From positions 3,362 through 67,361 of the forward strand of contig JAGLUN010000051.1 in assembly GCA_023134705.1 (NCBI GenBank): a DNA stretch of 64,000 nucleotides, in the 5' to 3' direction. Numbering within the stretch: the first letter of the stretch is position 1; each line of letters begins with the position of its first letter. The notes below the pieces were generated by a model, which did not search any database, was not told the origin of the DNA, and was given only the letters and a program-made list of their open reading frames with translations. Source of the stretch: Candidatus Omnitrophota bacterium (GTDB lineage: Bacteria; Omnitrophota; Gorgyraeia; Duberdicusellales; 4484-171). Position numbers and translations under genes: made by a program. This document shows positions 26,340 through 36,952 of the stretch, piece after piece.

Positions 26340-27428
26340 TTAAATTCTCTTTTTTAATATATAATCACGATATTTTGAAGGATCGCCATCCATTCCATCC
26401 TCTGCTGCTTTTATAGTATTATACATTTCTCTCGCTGTAACATAATGAAGCTTATACTGCATACCATCATTATATTTTTCATCAAGATATGAAAGCATCT
26501 TACGCATTGGATCACCTAAAAGGGTATCCCAATTGTGCTCTTGTGTTCCATGAGTATACACTTTAACAAATATCCATCCCGGCCTTCCTTTTACATGAAT
26601 ACCTTGTTTTATCCACAAGTCTATCCTATCTTCTATAGGATTATTTGAGTAAGAAATCTCGCCATTTTCAATGCGAGGTAAAATGCCCCATTTACGCCTT
26701 TTCCAATTTAAGGCAAGAGGCCCCTGAATTATCATCAGATCTCCTGAAGGCTTCCCTCCAACTTTAACATCAACGCCATCATTATGCGATTTTGGTTTGC
26801 ATGGATCATCTTTAGCATAATAAATGCTGTTTATCTTCCTGGTCTGAGATACATCTGGTGCGGATGGCAATGTAAAATCAGCATAACATCCTGTTTCTTT
26901 CAATATTATTAGTTCATTATTTACCCCACACCATTTATCATCTCCACGAGAATTATCCAATGCCCAGTTGCCATGTATAAAACCATATCTAATATTTCCT
27001 TCATTATCTTTTGACAACAAACCATGTTTTGAAAGATTTTCTTTAAAACTTTCTACCTTTCTCTTAAGACCTTCACCTGTATCGTTATGATGATGTAAAT
27101 GTATTTCTATTTCTCCAAACCCACTCTCAGATATTCTCTTTAACTTATCAATATGCTCTTTTCTATATTCTTCTTCCGGATAAAAAAATGTATATTGAAA
27201 CGGCCTTCCACTGTTATCTTTAAACTCGCTTGCTATTTTAGGAAAATCATTAACCCATTTATCAACACGTTTAACTTCTGTATCATACGAAGGATTGTTC
27301 CAACGAGGCTCAAAATGATCTACCATACAAAACATAATGTGAGTAGGTGACTCTTTACAAACATCATTTGTATTCATTAATTTTTGTTTTATATAATCTG
27401 CCAGCCAAATATGGGTATTTTTAAACAT
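26340..27428 (-). CDS. Hypothetical protein, possibly a metal-dependent carbohydrate esterase or hydrolase (His-rich site)
   Basis: It is 362 aa and carries MVDHFEP and EIHLHHHND motifs. It is embedded in the glycan locus. No firm family assignment is possible from sequence alone. Confidence 0.25.
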   Translation of the reverse strand: MFKNTHIWLADYIKQKLMNTNDVCKESPTHIMFCMVDHFEPRWNNPSYDTEVKRVDKWVNDFPKIASEFKDNSGRPFQYTFFYPEEEYRKEHIDKLKRISESGFGEIEIHLHHHNDTGEGLKRKVESFKENLSKHGLLSKDNEGNIRYGFIHGNWALDNSRGDDKWCGVNNELIILKETGCYADFTLPSAPDVSQTRKINSIYYAKDDPCKPKSHNDGVDVKVGGKPSGDLMIIQGPLALNWKRRKWGILPRIENGEISYSNNPIEDRIDLWIKQGIHVKGRPGWIFVKVYTHGTQEHNWDTLLGDPMRKMLSYLDEKYNDGMQYKLHYVTAREMYNTIKAAEDGMDGDPSKYRDYILKKRI

Positions 27429-28590
27429 TATCAGTTCTTTCTCTCATTAATATTTCTATTATTCTACTAGATGCCTTACCATCTCCATAAGGACTAACCG
27501 CTTTTGACATTTTAAAATATTCAGAGCTATTATGTAATAACAACTCTGTTTCACTAACTATTCTTTCTGAATTTGTTCCTATAAGCTTTGCAACACCCGC
27601 TTCAACCCCTTCTGGACGTTCTGTTTCTGATCTTAAAACTAATACAGGCTTACCTAAAGCAGGCGCTTCTTCTTGTATCCCTCCTGAATCAGTAATAACA
27701 ATATGTGCTTTATTTAAAAGCCTTACCAAATCAAAATACTCCACTGGTGAAAATAAATGTATTCTATCCTTATTTGCCAAAATTTTATCAACAACATTTT
27801 TTACATTAGGATTAAGGTGTACTGGATATATAATCTCTACATCCTCGTTTTTTTTTACAATTTGCATCAAGCCTGCACATATATTTTCTAAAGGCTTACC
27901 AAAATTTTCTCTCCTGTGAGCTGTCACAAGAATTAACTTGTTCCCATTAAGAAACGAAGTGTCTATATTAGATGGATATCCTTCAATATTCTTCAATATC
28001 ATTTGCAATGCATCTACCACACTATTCCCAGTTACAAAAATACTGTCTTTATCAAAATCTTCTTTTAGTAATGCATTCTTTGCACCTTCTGTAGGCGCAA
28101 AATTATATGTTGCTAATTTACCTATAATATTGCGATTAGCTTCTTCTGGAAAAGGATTATAGATATTATTGGTTCTTAACCCTGCCTCTATATGACCAAC
28201 AGGAATCTTTTGATAAAATGCTGCAAGAGCAGCTGTCATAGCAGTTGTAGTATCCCCTTGCACCAGAACTACATGTGGCTTAACCTCCTTAAGAGTAGCG
28301 CTTAGCGCTACCAAAGCTTTAGCTGTAAAAGAATCTAATGTTTGGTTCTTCTCCATTAAGTCAAGATCAATATCAGGTTTTATGTTAAATAATGCTAAGA
28401 ACTGATCCAACATCTCCCGATGTTGCGCTGTAACACACACCATAGAAGTAAATGCATCAGGATGTTTTTCTAGTTCTTTTATAACAGGAGCCATCTTTAT
28501 GGCTTCTGGCCTTGTACCAAACACAAAAAGAACTTTTTTAACCATATCCTTATTTTTTGTATTATTTAAGTTATAAATAGGTTTTAACAT
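27421..28590 (-). CDS. wecB: UDP-N-acetylglucosamine 2-epimerase (non-hydrolysing)
   Basis: It carries VLFVFGTRPEAIKMAPV, HVEAGLRT and DSGGIQEEAPALGKPVLVLR. Confidence 0.85.
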   Translation of the reverse strand: MLKPIYNLNNTKNKDMVKKVLFVFGTRPEAIKMAPVIKELEKHPDAFTSMVCVTAQHREMLDQFLALFNIKPDIDLDLMEKNQTLDSFTAKALVALSATLKEVKPHVVLVQGDTTTAMTAALAAFYQKIPVGHIEAGLRTNNIYNPFPEEANRNIIGKLATYNFAPTEGAKNALLKEDFDKDSIFVTGNSVVDALQMILKNIEGYPSNIDTSFLNGNKLILVTAHRRENFGKPLENICAGLMQIVKKNEDVEIIYPVHLNPNVKNVVDKILANKDRIHLFSPVEYFDLVRLLNKAHIVITDSGGIQEEAPALGKPVLVLRSETERPEGVEAGVAKLIGTNSERIVSETELLLHNSSEYFKMSKAVSPYGDGKASSRIIEILMRERTDNV

Positions 28591-29657
28591 TTTGCCAGAG
28601 ACTCCTTGTTGTTTTCTTTCGCTACGGGCCTAACCGCTGATGAAATGCCAGGGCCAAACTTAGCACAATCTTTAATATTATCCCAATTAGTATCAAACCA
28701 CTGGATCGTTTCCTTTAAGCCATAGTCAAAGTCCTGAATAGGGTCAAATCCGAGTACCTTTCTGGCTTTTTCATTGGAAGCGAGCAATCTTGTTTTTGTA
28801 TCCCATTTCCTCCTAGGCAAATACCTGATCTCCTTATCGCTACCCGCAAACTTATTTACCTTATTAGCGAGATCTATTATCTTTATTTCCTTACCAGCGG
28901 CCAGATTAAACGCCTCGCCTATCGCTTCTTTCATATACCCCATGCGTAAAAGACCATCCACTATATCTCCTACATACGTAAAATCTCTTGTCTCTTCTCC
29001 AGTACCTGTTATAGGTAAAGATTGTCCTTGCATAGCCCAGTATATAAAGTTAGGTATTACATTCCTATATTGGCCCGGTACTTCACCTGCTCCATATGAA
29101 TTAAAAAATCTTGCTTTTGAAATAGGTAACCCCTTCATCTTATAAAAATAATTCATGTATAGCTCGCCAAGCATTTTAGTAATCTGATAAGGAGTGCCCA
29201 TATACATACTTGCGCCTAGATCCTCCTTAAAAGGCATTGGTGCATCACTTGGATAAATAGAGCACCCCGATGATGCATATACTAGTCTCTCGAGTTTTCC
29301 ATACATAACACCATACTGTAGAAGCTTTAGTGTACCCAGGCCATTTATATTAAGATCCTTTTCCGGATAATCAACTGAATTTTGATTTGCAAAAAAAGCA
29401 GCCAGATGAAATATAATCTGCGGCTCTTCATTAAAAACTCTTTTAAGGTCGACCTCATCTACCACATCGCCTTGTACAAAAAGAAGCCCTTGCTCATTCT
29501 GAGGCAGATTCCATGTATAGCCGGAACTTAAATCATCAAGCACGATAACCTGGGCTTTTAACTCCAACAATTTTCTTACAAGAATCGAACCCACAGCACC
29601 TGCTCCTCCTGTAACCAGGACTTTTCTACCTTCGTAATAATTTAGATATTCCTTCAT
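28584..29657 (-). CDS. Extended-SDR NAD-dependent nucleotide-sugar epimerase/dehydratase
   Basis: It carries VLVTGGAGAVGS (GxxGxxG) and YQITK (the YxxxK catalytic pair). It is 357 aa. Confidence 0.7.
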   Translation of the reverse strand: MKEYLNYYEGRKVLVTGGAGAVGSILVRKLLELKAQVIVLDDLSSGYTWNLPQNEQGLLFVQGDVVDEVDLKRVFNEEPQIIFHLAAFFANQNSVDYPEKDLNINGLGTLKLLQYGVMYGKLERLVYASSGCSIYPSDAPMPFKEDLGASMYMGTPYQITKMLGELYMNYFYKMKGLPISKARFFNSYGAGEVPGQYRNVIPNFIYWAMQGQSLPITGTGEETRDFTYVGDIVDGLLRMGYMKEAIGEAFNLAAGKEIKIIDLANKVNKFAGSDKEIRYLPRRKWDTKTRLLASNEKARKVLGFDPIQDFDYGLKETIQWFDTNWDNIKDCAKFGPGISSAVRPVAKENNKESLAKC

Positions 29658-29672
29658 TTTTATCCCCTTTGT

Positions 29673-30896
29673 TTAAGCTGTTTTTAATTTTCGATATATT
29701 TCCAGACATTTTGTCAGAGAAAAATTTTCTACTACATAATCTCTTCCATTATTTGCAAATTCTTTACAAAGCCTCTTATCTAAATATATTTTTCTTATAG
29801 CTTCTGCCAAGCCTTTACAATCACCCGCATCTACGCAAATACCGCATTTACTTTCTTTTATTATTTTTGGAGCATCGCCTCCCAATGGTAAACTCGCGGC
29901 AACAGCTCTTCCTGCAGACATAATGCTTAAAAGTTTAGATGGCACTACCGGAGTCTTCACTTCCTTATGCAGATTGACTAAACATGCATCAGATGCAGCA
30001 AGTAATCTAACATACTTTTCTTTAGGTAACATTGGTAAGAATCTGACATTCTTAAGCTCTTTTGCCTTTACCTTTTCCTGCAAACGCTCTTTTTCTACAC
30101 CATATCCTACAATTAAAAAAATTATATTATCTTTTTTTAAATATTCAGCGCTTTCTATCACTGTATCCAAATCCTGAGAATAACCTATCACACCTGCAAA
30201 AGATACAATAAATTCTCCATTAAGTAAAAATTCTTTACGAAACTCAAGATCTATCGGCTTTGGCTGTATCATGTCCGTATCTATCCAGTTTGGGATAGTA
30301 ATAACACTGGATGGCTTTACACCTTTTGATATAACATGGTTTCTGTTCCCTTCTGAATGTACCGTAACAATATCTGCTTTGTTGTAAATGAATGACTCTA
30401 ATTTTTCTAGCTTTCCTATCATAGCTTTATTGGTCAATACCCCTAAATCTATTGCACTCTGTGGAAAAAGATCCTGCACATTGCATATAAACGGTTTTTT
30501 ATTTATTTTACTTAAACCATAAGCCGTCAATCCTAAAGGTAAAGGCGGCGAATAAACCAAAATCCGATCATAAGAAGCCTTCTTGATAAATAAACCTCTT
30601 ATAAAAAATAAAAACGCCATTATCAGGTGGTCCATACCCCTGGCTATTGGAATATAACGAGGAAGAGATAGAAGCCTCATTCGCACTACCTTTATGCCTT
30701 CCATCTCCTCTACCATAGATAATCTACCTTTATATTTCTCAGGAAGGTCCTTAGAATTAATATTGTATCTAGGAAATCCCGTAAGAACGGTCACCTTATC
30801 CCCTTTTTCTACAAGTTTTTTTCCCAGTTCAAAAAACAAAAATGAAGCTGACCCTATCTCAGGGGGAAAATACGCATTTATCATTAACCATTTCAT
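29673..30896 (-). CDS. GT4-family glycosyltransferase
   Basis: It has a GT-B fold and a C-terminal EX7E-like region (ESKCGICVD). It is 407 aa. Confidence 0.65.
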   Translation of the reverse strand: MKWLMINAYFPPEIGSASFLFFELGKKLVEKGDKVTVLTGFPRYNINSKDLPEKYKGRLSMVEEMEGIKVVRMRLLSLPRYIPIARGMDHLIMAFLFFIRGLFIKKASYDRILVYSPPLPLGLTAYGLSKINKKPFICNVQDLFPQSAIDLGVLTNKAMIGKLEKLESFIYNKADIVTVHSEGNRNHVISKGVKPSSVITIPNWIDTDMIQPKPIDLEFRKEFLLNGEFIVSFAGVIGYSQDLDTVIESAEYLKKDNIIFLIVGYGVEKERLQEKVKAKELKNVRFLPMLPKEKYVRLLAASDACLVNLHKEVKTPVVPSKLLSIMSAGRAVAASLPLGGDAPKIIKESKCGICVDAGDCKGLAEAIRKIYLDKRLCKEFANNGRDYVVENFSLTKCLEIYRKLKTA

Positions 30897-30905
30897 ACAA
30901 TACTC

Positions 30906-32090
30906 CTAAATATTTTCTATTTTTAATGAACTTACATCTGTAATACTGTTATAAAAATCGATTATTTTTTCTACATTCTTTCTCCATGTGTGGTTATTGG
31001 AGACCTTTTTACGACCTGCCGCACCCATCTTTGTGCTTAATTCAGAGTCGCTTAATAAGTTTATCAAGGCATTCTTCAAGCCTTCTGCGTCTTTACGATT
31101 AAAAAGTATCCCTTCTTGGCCATCACTAATAACTAATTTTATATTCTTTAATCTCGGCCCAACAACAGGCTTCTGCATTGCCATATATTCAAACATCTTT
31201 ACCGGAGAAGTATAAGCAGCTGCGTCAGGCACTACTGCTATATCAAACATATTAATATAAGCAGGTAATACATCATAAAGCACCCTACCTGTAAATATCG
31301 CTCTCTCATCTAAGTGTTCTTCCTTTATGCGTTGCTTTATAACTTGATATGTCTGCCCCCCGCCTATCAACATCACCTTTACATCCTTATTCTTTTCTAA
31401 AAGTAACTTAAAACTATCTAACAACAAATCAAGCCCGTGCCAAGGAGCAAAACACCCTACCCATCCAATGATCCTATCTTTTTTGGTTATGCCATATTTA
31501 TCAAGTATTTTTTTATCTGACTCCATTGGCTTAAAATGCTCAATATCAACAGCATTAGGTAAAACTAATATCTTTTCCTTATCTATACCATGAGATAAAA
31601 TATCATGTTTAAGATGATCTGATATCACATAAATTATCGCTGCTCTCTTGAATATTAAATGTTCTAAAAAACTTTCTAAAAACCTAAACACACCTGTTCT
31701 TTTGGGGTATATCTCGCTCCTTGTCGTAAAATTAACTTCCAAAAATAAAGGCTTCCTAAAAAATATTGAAATAAAACAACCAACCATACTCAATAAAGCA
31801 TATCTTTCATAAACAATATCGTATTTATTCCTTATTTGATATACTACAAGCCTCAAAATAGCAGGGATATTATACAACACTTCCAGCATCTCAAATAAAA
31901 TTCTTGGCATTTTAGTCGCAATCCTTTTATCTTTATCTGATAATTTTTTAGATTCAAAATCTACATTACAGCCTGCATATGAGATTACATCTACTTGATA
32001 GCCAAGAGACTTGAATCCATCAACTATGCCTTTTATATGAGTTCCATCGGCTCCACTACAACGTGTTTTATGGTGATACATTACTTTCAT
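30906..32090 (-). CDS. GT4-family glycosyltransferase
   Basis: It carries FEYMAMQKPVV and GILFN (the GT4 C-terminal domain). It is 394 aa. Confidence 0.65.
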   Translation of the reverse strand: MKVMYHHKTRCSGADGTHIKGIVDGFKSLGYQVDVISYAGCNVDFESKKLSDKDKRIATKMPRILFEMLEVLYNIPAILRLVVYQIRNKYDIVYERYALLSMVGCFISIFFRKPLFLEVNFTTRSEIYPKRTGVFRFLESFLEHLIFKRAAIIYVISDHLKHDILSHGIDKEKILVLPNAVDIEHFKPMESDKKILDKYGITKKDRIIGWVGCFAPWHGLDLLLDSFKLLLEKNKDVKVMLIGGGQTYQVIKQRIKEEHLDERAIFTGRVLYDVLPAYINMFDIAVVPDAAAYTSPVKMFEYMAMQKPVVGPRLKNIKLVISDGQEGILFNRKDAEGLKNALINLLSDSELSTKMGAAGRKKVSNNHTWRKNVEKIIDFYNSITDVSSLKIENI

Positions 32091-32107
32091 AATTTTATTC
32101 TCTTATC

Positions 32108-33484
32108 CTATAAGTTGTCTTTCGCGACTTTTGATACAACAAAGCGTCTTTTACCTGATTTTGGAACTTCTATTTGAGCTACATAACTAAGACTAAAGTT
32201 TACTCCCTCACCTAAAAGTATATTTAAAGACTTCTTTATATGCTCTTCAAATTCACCATTATATAATTCATTTTTCACTATTATTACTTCAATATTTGAA
32301 ATTGACTTCTGAACTATCTGATATTGATCAATGCCTTTAAATGCCCTGAATATATTTGTAAAATTCGGCGCTGTAAGCACTCTATTTGGTAAAATTACCA
32401 TATCAGCGACTCTCCCTTCAACCTTCCCTAGTAAAGGGAGTTTAATTCCGCATCTACAGTAATTTTCAACTGCCATAAAACCAGCGTCTCCTATTTCGTA
32501 TCTTATCAATGGAAAAGCAAAATTATTAAAATCTGTGATAACGATCTTCCCGAGTTCACCTGGTTTTTTCTGCATTCCATTACTATCCGAGATCTCTAAG
32601 TGAAATATGTCAGAATTTACATGATAACCGTTATGTAGAGGGCATTCTGCTGCAATGTAAAATTCTGCAGCTCCATAATGATCGAAAACTTTGTCTTTCC
32701 CAAACACATCATTGAGTAATTCCCTCTGATATTCTTGAAGTGTTTCGGAACTAGTGATTATTGCTTTTACAAAATTAAAACATGCCCCTGGATGATTTTT
32801 CTTGATAAATTTTGCAAGTTGATATACACCACTTGCATACCCCCATACGCTTTCTGGTTTCCATGATACGATCTGTTTATAATAATTACCTAAAATCTGT
32901 TCTGTCAAAAAAGCAATCGGCATATTCTTGCTATTAAGCAACCAAAGTTTAAGCTTGCCTATTGTTTTTTGTCTTTTGGTATATTCATAATGAGAACCTG
33001 TCATTTGCGCATTTCTGCCACCCAATCTTAATCCTGCCCAACTGCCATTTCTTAACATCGCTGCTCTTCTCCATCCCAAAGATATTCTGTCGCAAAAAAA
33101 ATGCAGCGGCTCACCTGTAGATCCGCCAGTATTAGCCTTTACAAACCTTGCAGCAGGAACATTTTCACACTTAATCTCATCAATGTTACTATTAATATTT
33201 TTTTTGGTTAAAATAGGAATATCTTGAAAAAATTTTTCATCTTTTATTGGCAACTTAATATCTTCCAGCCTTTTTTTATAAAAAGAAGAATTCTTCCTTG
33301 CGTGATTAAGTATAATATTTAACTTATCAATCCGCCATTTTCTCAGAACATTTTTATCCCAATATTGCGATCTATTAAGCTGTTTCAATTTACCAACGCT
33401 CCTATCGCCTCTAAGAAAATCTGCAGCATAAAATAAAAATTTATGCGCTAACACGCTACTCATCTTAAGTAAACCTCCGTCCAT
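32108..33484 (-). CDS. CapK/PaaK-like adenylate-forming ligase (phenylacetate-CoA ligase family) of capsule loci
   Basis: It carries TGGSTGEPLHFF (the AMP-binding P-loop variant of this family). It is 458 aa. Confidence 0.6.
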   Translation of the reverse strand: MDGGLLKMSSVLAHKFLFYAADFLRGDRSVGKLKQLNRSQYWDKNVLRKWRIDKLNIILNHARKNSSFYKKRLEDIKLPIKDEKFFQDIPILTKKNINSNIDEIKCENVPAARFVKANTGGSTGEPLHFFCDRISLGWRRAAMLRNGSWAGLRLGGRNAQMTGSHYEYTKRQKTIGKLKLWLLNSKNMPIAFLTEQILGNYYKQIVSWKPESVWGYASGVYQLAKFIKKNHPGACFNFVKAIITSSETLQEYQRELLNDVFGKDKVFDHYGAAEFYIAAECPLHNGYHVNSDIFHLEISDSNGMQKKPGELGKIVITDFNNFAFPLIRYEIGDAGFMAVENYCRCGIKLPLLGKVEGRVADMVILPNRVLTAPNFTNIFRAFKGIDQYQIVQKSISNIEVIIVKNELYNGEFEEHIKKSLNILLGEGVNFSLSYVAQIEVPKSGKRRFVVSKVAKDNL

Positions 33485-35640
33485 TCATCTTTGATGTTAT
33501 CCCAGGAGAATTCGTTAACTAATTCTCTAGCGTTTATTATAAGCTGCTTAGCCAAATCTTTATTTTCAAGTAATTCGAATATTCTTTCCGACATCCTTAC
33601 ATGATCATTACTCTCAACCATTAATCCAGTTACGCCGTCTTTTATTAAATATTTTAATCCTCCAACATTAGTTGAAATAACCGGCAACCCTGATGCAAAC
33701 GCCTCTAAAACCGAAACTGGCATATTATCAACGCTTGATGGATTAATAAAAAAATCCGCTTGCGCATAAAAAGATGAGATATTATTATTATCAACTCGAC
33801 CTAAAAAATCTACTGACTCAGATAATCCTAATTCGTCTACTAACCGCTCGAGATTCTCTCTGTCATTCCCATCGCCTAACAATCTAAGCCGCGCTGATTT
33901 GTACTTTTCTTTAATAATAAAAAAAGCCCTGATCGCGCACTGTATGTTATATATTTTTTCCATATTTCTTGTTACTATAAAATTCGGTAAAAAATCCTCT
34001 CTTTTCTTAAACTCGAGCTTCTCAAAATTGCAAATGTTCGGTATAACCTTTACGTCTATTTTATATTCATTAAAAATATCTTTCAAAAAATCTGAGGGCA
34101 CGACAATTTCATCGCTTAACTTCATTATAAGTTTGATCAAAAAAGAATATTTCTTTAAAAAGTCTTCCGCAGCCCCTCCATGATAATGAATAATAGATTT
34201 TTTTCTAAAAAACTTTGTTACAATTACTGCTGGAGCTGTGTATAAAAAGTAATCCAGGTAAGAATTACTGAATACATGCACAATACCTACTCTTGGCACT
34301 ATTCTTAAAAGATTCAGCACATAATAAAAAAACCTGACAACTGTTCTTAATATCTTGATCTTGCTGAGGTATTTAAAATTCTTATTTCTCATAACAGACT
34401 GCACAAAAAATCCTTCTTTCTGCATTTTTTCAACAAATAACCTTGCCTGTAAACCCATTCCGCCATCTGGAGGAGGAAATTCTCCTGCCACGCATATCCT
34501 TTTATTTGTTGATTTTTTAAATATAGATTTATAAATATCCTGATATTCACTGACCATATGTTCAAAAGTAAAAAACTCTTCTATTCTTTTTCTCCCCTTT
34601 TCTCCCATTTTTTTAGATATATCCAAGTCCCGCGTAAGCTCACATAATGCCCCGGCTAATAAGTCCGGCCTGCCAGAGGGAACAACTAATCCGGTCTCTC
34701 CATGAATAACTACCTCCGCATTACCATCCACATCTGTCGCAACAACAGGTAAAGATGATGCCATGGCCTCTAAAATAACAACCGGAAGACCTTCTCTTTT
34801 TGAAGATAAAACAAAAATATCCATTATGCTCATAAGATCAGCTATATCCCGTCTATTGCCTAAAAATATTACTTTTTCAGAAAGTTCTAATTTACGGGCC
34901 AACTCCTCTACTTTACTTTTCAAATGGCCATCCCCTATCAAAAGCAAATAAGAGCATGGTATTTTTTCTGCTACCTGCTTATAAGATTTTAATAGTGTTT
35001 CATGATCTTTATTTTCAAAAAACCGTGCTATATTTCCTATAACTACATAATCTTTTTTTAGTCCTAAATTAGTTTTAATTGTATCCCTGCCATTAATCAC
35101 TTCAAAATCCTTTGCACGAACAGCATTATATATAACCTTTATCTTTTCTGAATTAATCCTGGATTTCTCTACCATATGTTTCTTAACACTTCCTGCGACA
35201 GTAGTTATAACGCTTGTAAACTTAGAGAGGTTTCTTTCTATAAAAGACCATCTCTTCACATGATAATTGTTATAATCACTTGCCGTATGCTGTGTATGGA
35301 CTATCGGTATTCCAGCTATTTTTGCTGCTATTCCTCCATAAAGCCAATTTGTAGGATTATGTGTATGAACTATATCAATAAAATTAGCCTTTAATACTTT
35401 TGCTAATCTAATAGATAAAAGCCAATCAAACCCATATTTTTTATCTACTTCAATTACTTGTATACCATCCTTTATATATTCTTTTTTAAGCTTTCCGTCT
35501 TTCATAAACACAAATATCAGCGGCTCAAAGAGATTCCTATCTAGTTTTTTACCTATCTCAAGGATTAAAGTCTCAACCCCACCAATATCCAGGGAATAAT
35601 TAACAAATCCTATTCTGATTTTTTTATTCATAATAAGCAC
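33460..35640 (-). CDS. Fusion of two GT4 glycosyltransferase modules (726 aa)
   Basis: It has two complete GT-B units, each with an E-rich C-terminal sugar-donor motif (EGLPVVILEAMASSLPVVATDVDG and SVLEAFASGLPVISTNVGG). Confidence 0.65.
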   Translation of the reverse strand: MLIMNKKIRIGFVNYSLDIGGVETLILEIGKKLDRNLFEPLIFVFMKDGKLKKEYIKDGIQVIEVDKKYGFDWLLSIRLAKVLKANFIDIVHTHNPTNWLYGGIAAKIAGIPIVHTQHTASDYNNYHVKRWSFIERNLSKFTSVITTVAGSVKKHMVEKSRINSEKIKVIYNAVRAKDFEVINGRDTIKTNLGLKKDYVVIGNIARFFENKDHETLLKSYKQVAEKIPCSYLLLIGDGHLKSKVEELARKLELSEKVIFLGNRRDIADLMSIMDIFVLSSKREGLPVVILEAMASSLPVVATDVDGNAEVVIHGETGLVVPSGRPDLLAGALCELTRDLDISKKMGEKGRKRIEEFFTFEHMVSEYQDIYKSIFKKSTNKRICVAGEFPPPDGGMGLQARLFVEKMQKEGFFVQSVMRNKNFKYLSKIKILRTVVRFFYYVLNLLRIVPRVGIVHVFSNSYLDYFLYTAPAVIVTKFFRKKSIIHYHGGAAEDFLKKYSFLIKLIMKLSDEIVVPSDFLKDIFNEYKIDVKVIPNICNFEKLEFKKREDFLPNFIVTRNMEKIYNIQCAIRAFFIIKEKYKSARLRLLGDGNDRENLERLVDELGLSESVDFLGRVDNNNISSFYAQADFFINPSSVDNMPVSVLEAFASGLPVISTNVGGLKYLIKDGVTGLMVESNDHVRMSERIFELLENKDLAKQLIINARELVNEFSWDNIKDEWTEVYLR

Positions 35641-36936
35641 TCAAATGATTTCCTTAATAGCTATAAGCCATATTCCTATAGTTATAAAAATAGTCAAAGC
35701 TACCAACATACCCCAGTCATTAAAACTAATATTAAAATTAAAATTTTTTATATGATTTTTAGCAGATAAAACAAAGCTTGCTGATAAAGCACATAAAATA
35801 TATAAAATATCAAGCTCCATTAAAACAAACGTAGTAGCTACTGCAAAACCTACAATGGTCAAAAAAAGTACTCGCGACATAAGAAGAAACTCATCATTCA
35901 ATTTATTCCTATATCTATTAAAAATTTTAAAAAGATTTTTAAGTGGCCAATATAACAATGATAGATAAATTAACAAACCGGGAAATCCCATTTCTGATAA
36001 GTTTTCAACATAATTACTATGCGAAAAATATTCTGTCTGCACTCTAAATTGCCCTTTCCCTATGCCAAAAATAGGATTAGACTTTGCCATATAAAAAGCT
36101 TGCTCCCATGTCCACGTTCTCTCATGAGCAGATTTCTCTTCAGAATTCAAGACCTTCATCCTCTCTGGAACAGAATTATATATTATTGGCAAAACTAATA
36201 AACAAATAATTAAAGCTTTTCTTGCCTTAAATCTTACAATGAAAAACATCGCTACAATACACATAAAGGCAATAAACCCGCCTCTCGACTTAGTAAGACA
36301 AATTCCATAGCTTAGCAAAGCAAAAATAACTGTGTACGTCATTTTTTGAAGACTTTTATTTTTTTTTCTAAAAATATTTTCTAGACAAAAAGGTATGCAA
36401 AATAAAAATGGAAAACATAATACATTAGGGCCATCCCACAAACCAATCCAAAAACTCCTGCCACCGTACTTATGAAAGTCCATCAATGATGTTTGATGCA
36501 TCATATTTGAATTTGTATGAAGCGCTTGCCTGGCCCATCCCACCCCAGTAATACTTTGATGGATAGATTGAACTCCTAAAATACTACAAAGCAAAACTGA
36601 GAAAAAAAGAACTTTTTTGATCTTTTTTGGAGAATCTACTATAAATACAAACATTACAAAAACACAAAACCTTTTAAAGAGATTAACAAATTGTTGTGTT
36701 CCTGCATCAAAATTACCATTTACAATATTTGTGATAAAACCAAAACAAATAAATGCGAAAAGAAACCATCCTACTGGAGTTATATCTTGTCTTTTATTTT
36801 TACTAGCATTAGCAAAAGCAATAAACAATCCTGCGATAACAATAAAATCATTCACTGGCCAGCCATATACCAAGGATCCTTGCCAATCTTGAGGCCGTAT
36901 AAATAATGTTATTAGAAAGAAATAAATCGCAATCAT
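35641..36936 (-). CDS. O-antigen ligase/polymerase-like (Wzy-type) polytopic membrane protein
   Basis: It has about 10-12 transmembrane helices with a large periplasmic loop and is 431 aa. It could alternatively be a PEP-CTERM-locus O-antigen-ligase-like protein. Confidence 0.5.
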   Translation of the reverse strand: MIAIYFFLITLFIRPQDWQGSLVYGWPVNDFIVIAGLFIAFANASKNKRQDITPVGWFLFAFICFGFITNIVNGNFDAGTQQFVNLFKRFCVFVMFVFIVDSPKKIKKVLFFSVLLCSILGVQSIHQSITGVGWARQALHTNSNMMHQTSLMDFHKYGGRSFWIGLWDGPNVLCFPFLFCIPFCLENIFRKKNKSLQKMTYTVIFALLSYGICLTKSRGGFIAFMCIVAMFFIVRFKARKALIICLLVLPIIYNSVPERMKVLNSEEKSAHERTWTWEQAFYMAKSNPIFGIGKGQFRVQTEYFSHSNYVENLSEMGFPGLLIYLSLLYWPLKNLFKIFNRYRNKLNDEFLLMSRVLFLTIVGFAVATTFVLMELDILYILCALSASFVLSAKNHIKNFNFNISFNDWGMLVALTIFITIGIWLIAIKEII

Positions 36937-36952
36937 ATTTGATCCAATATTT

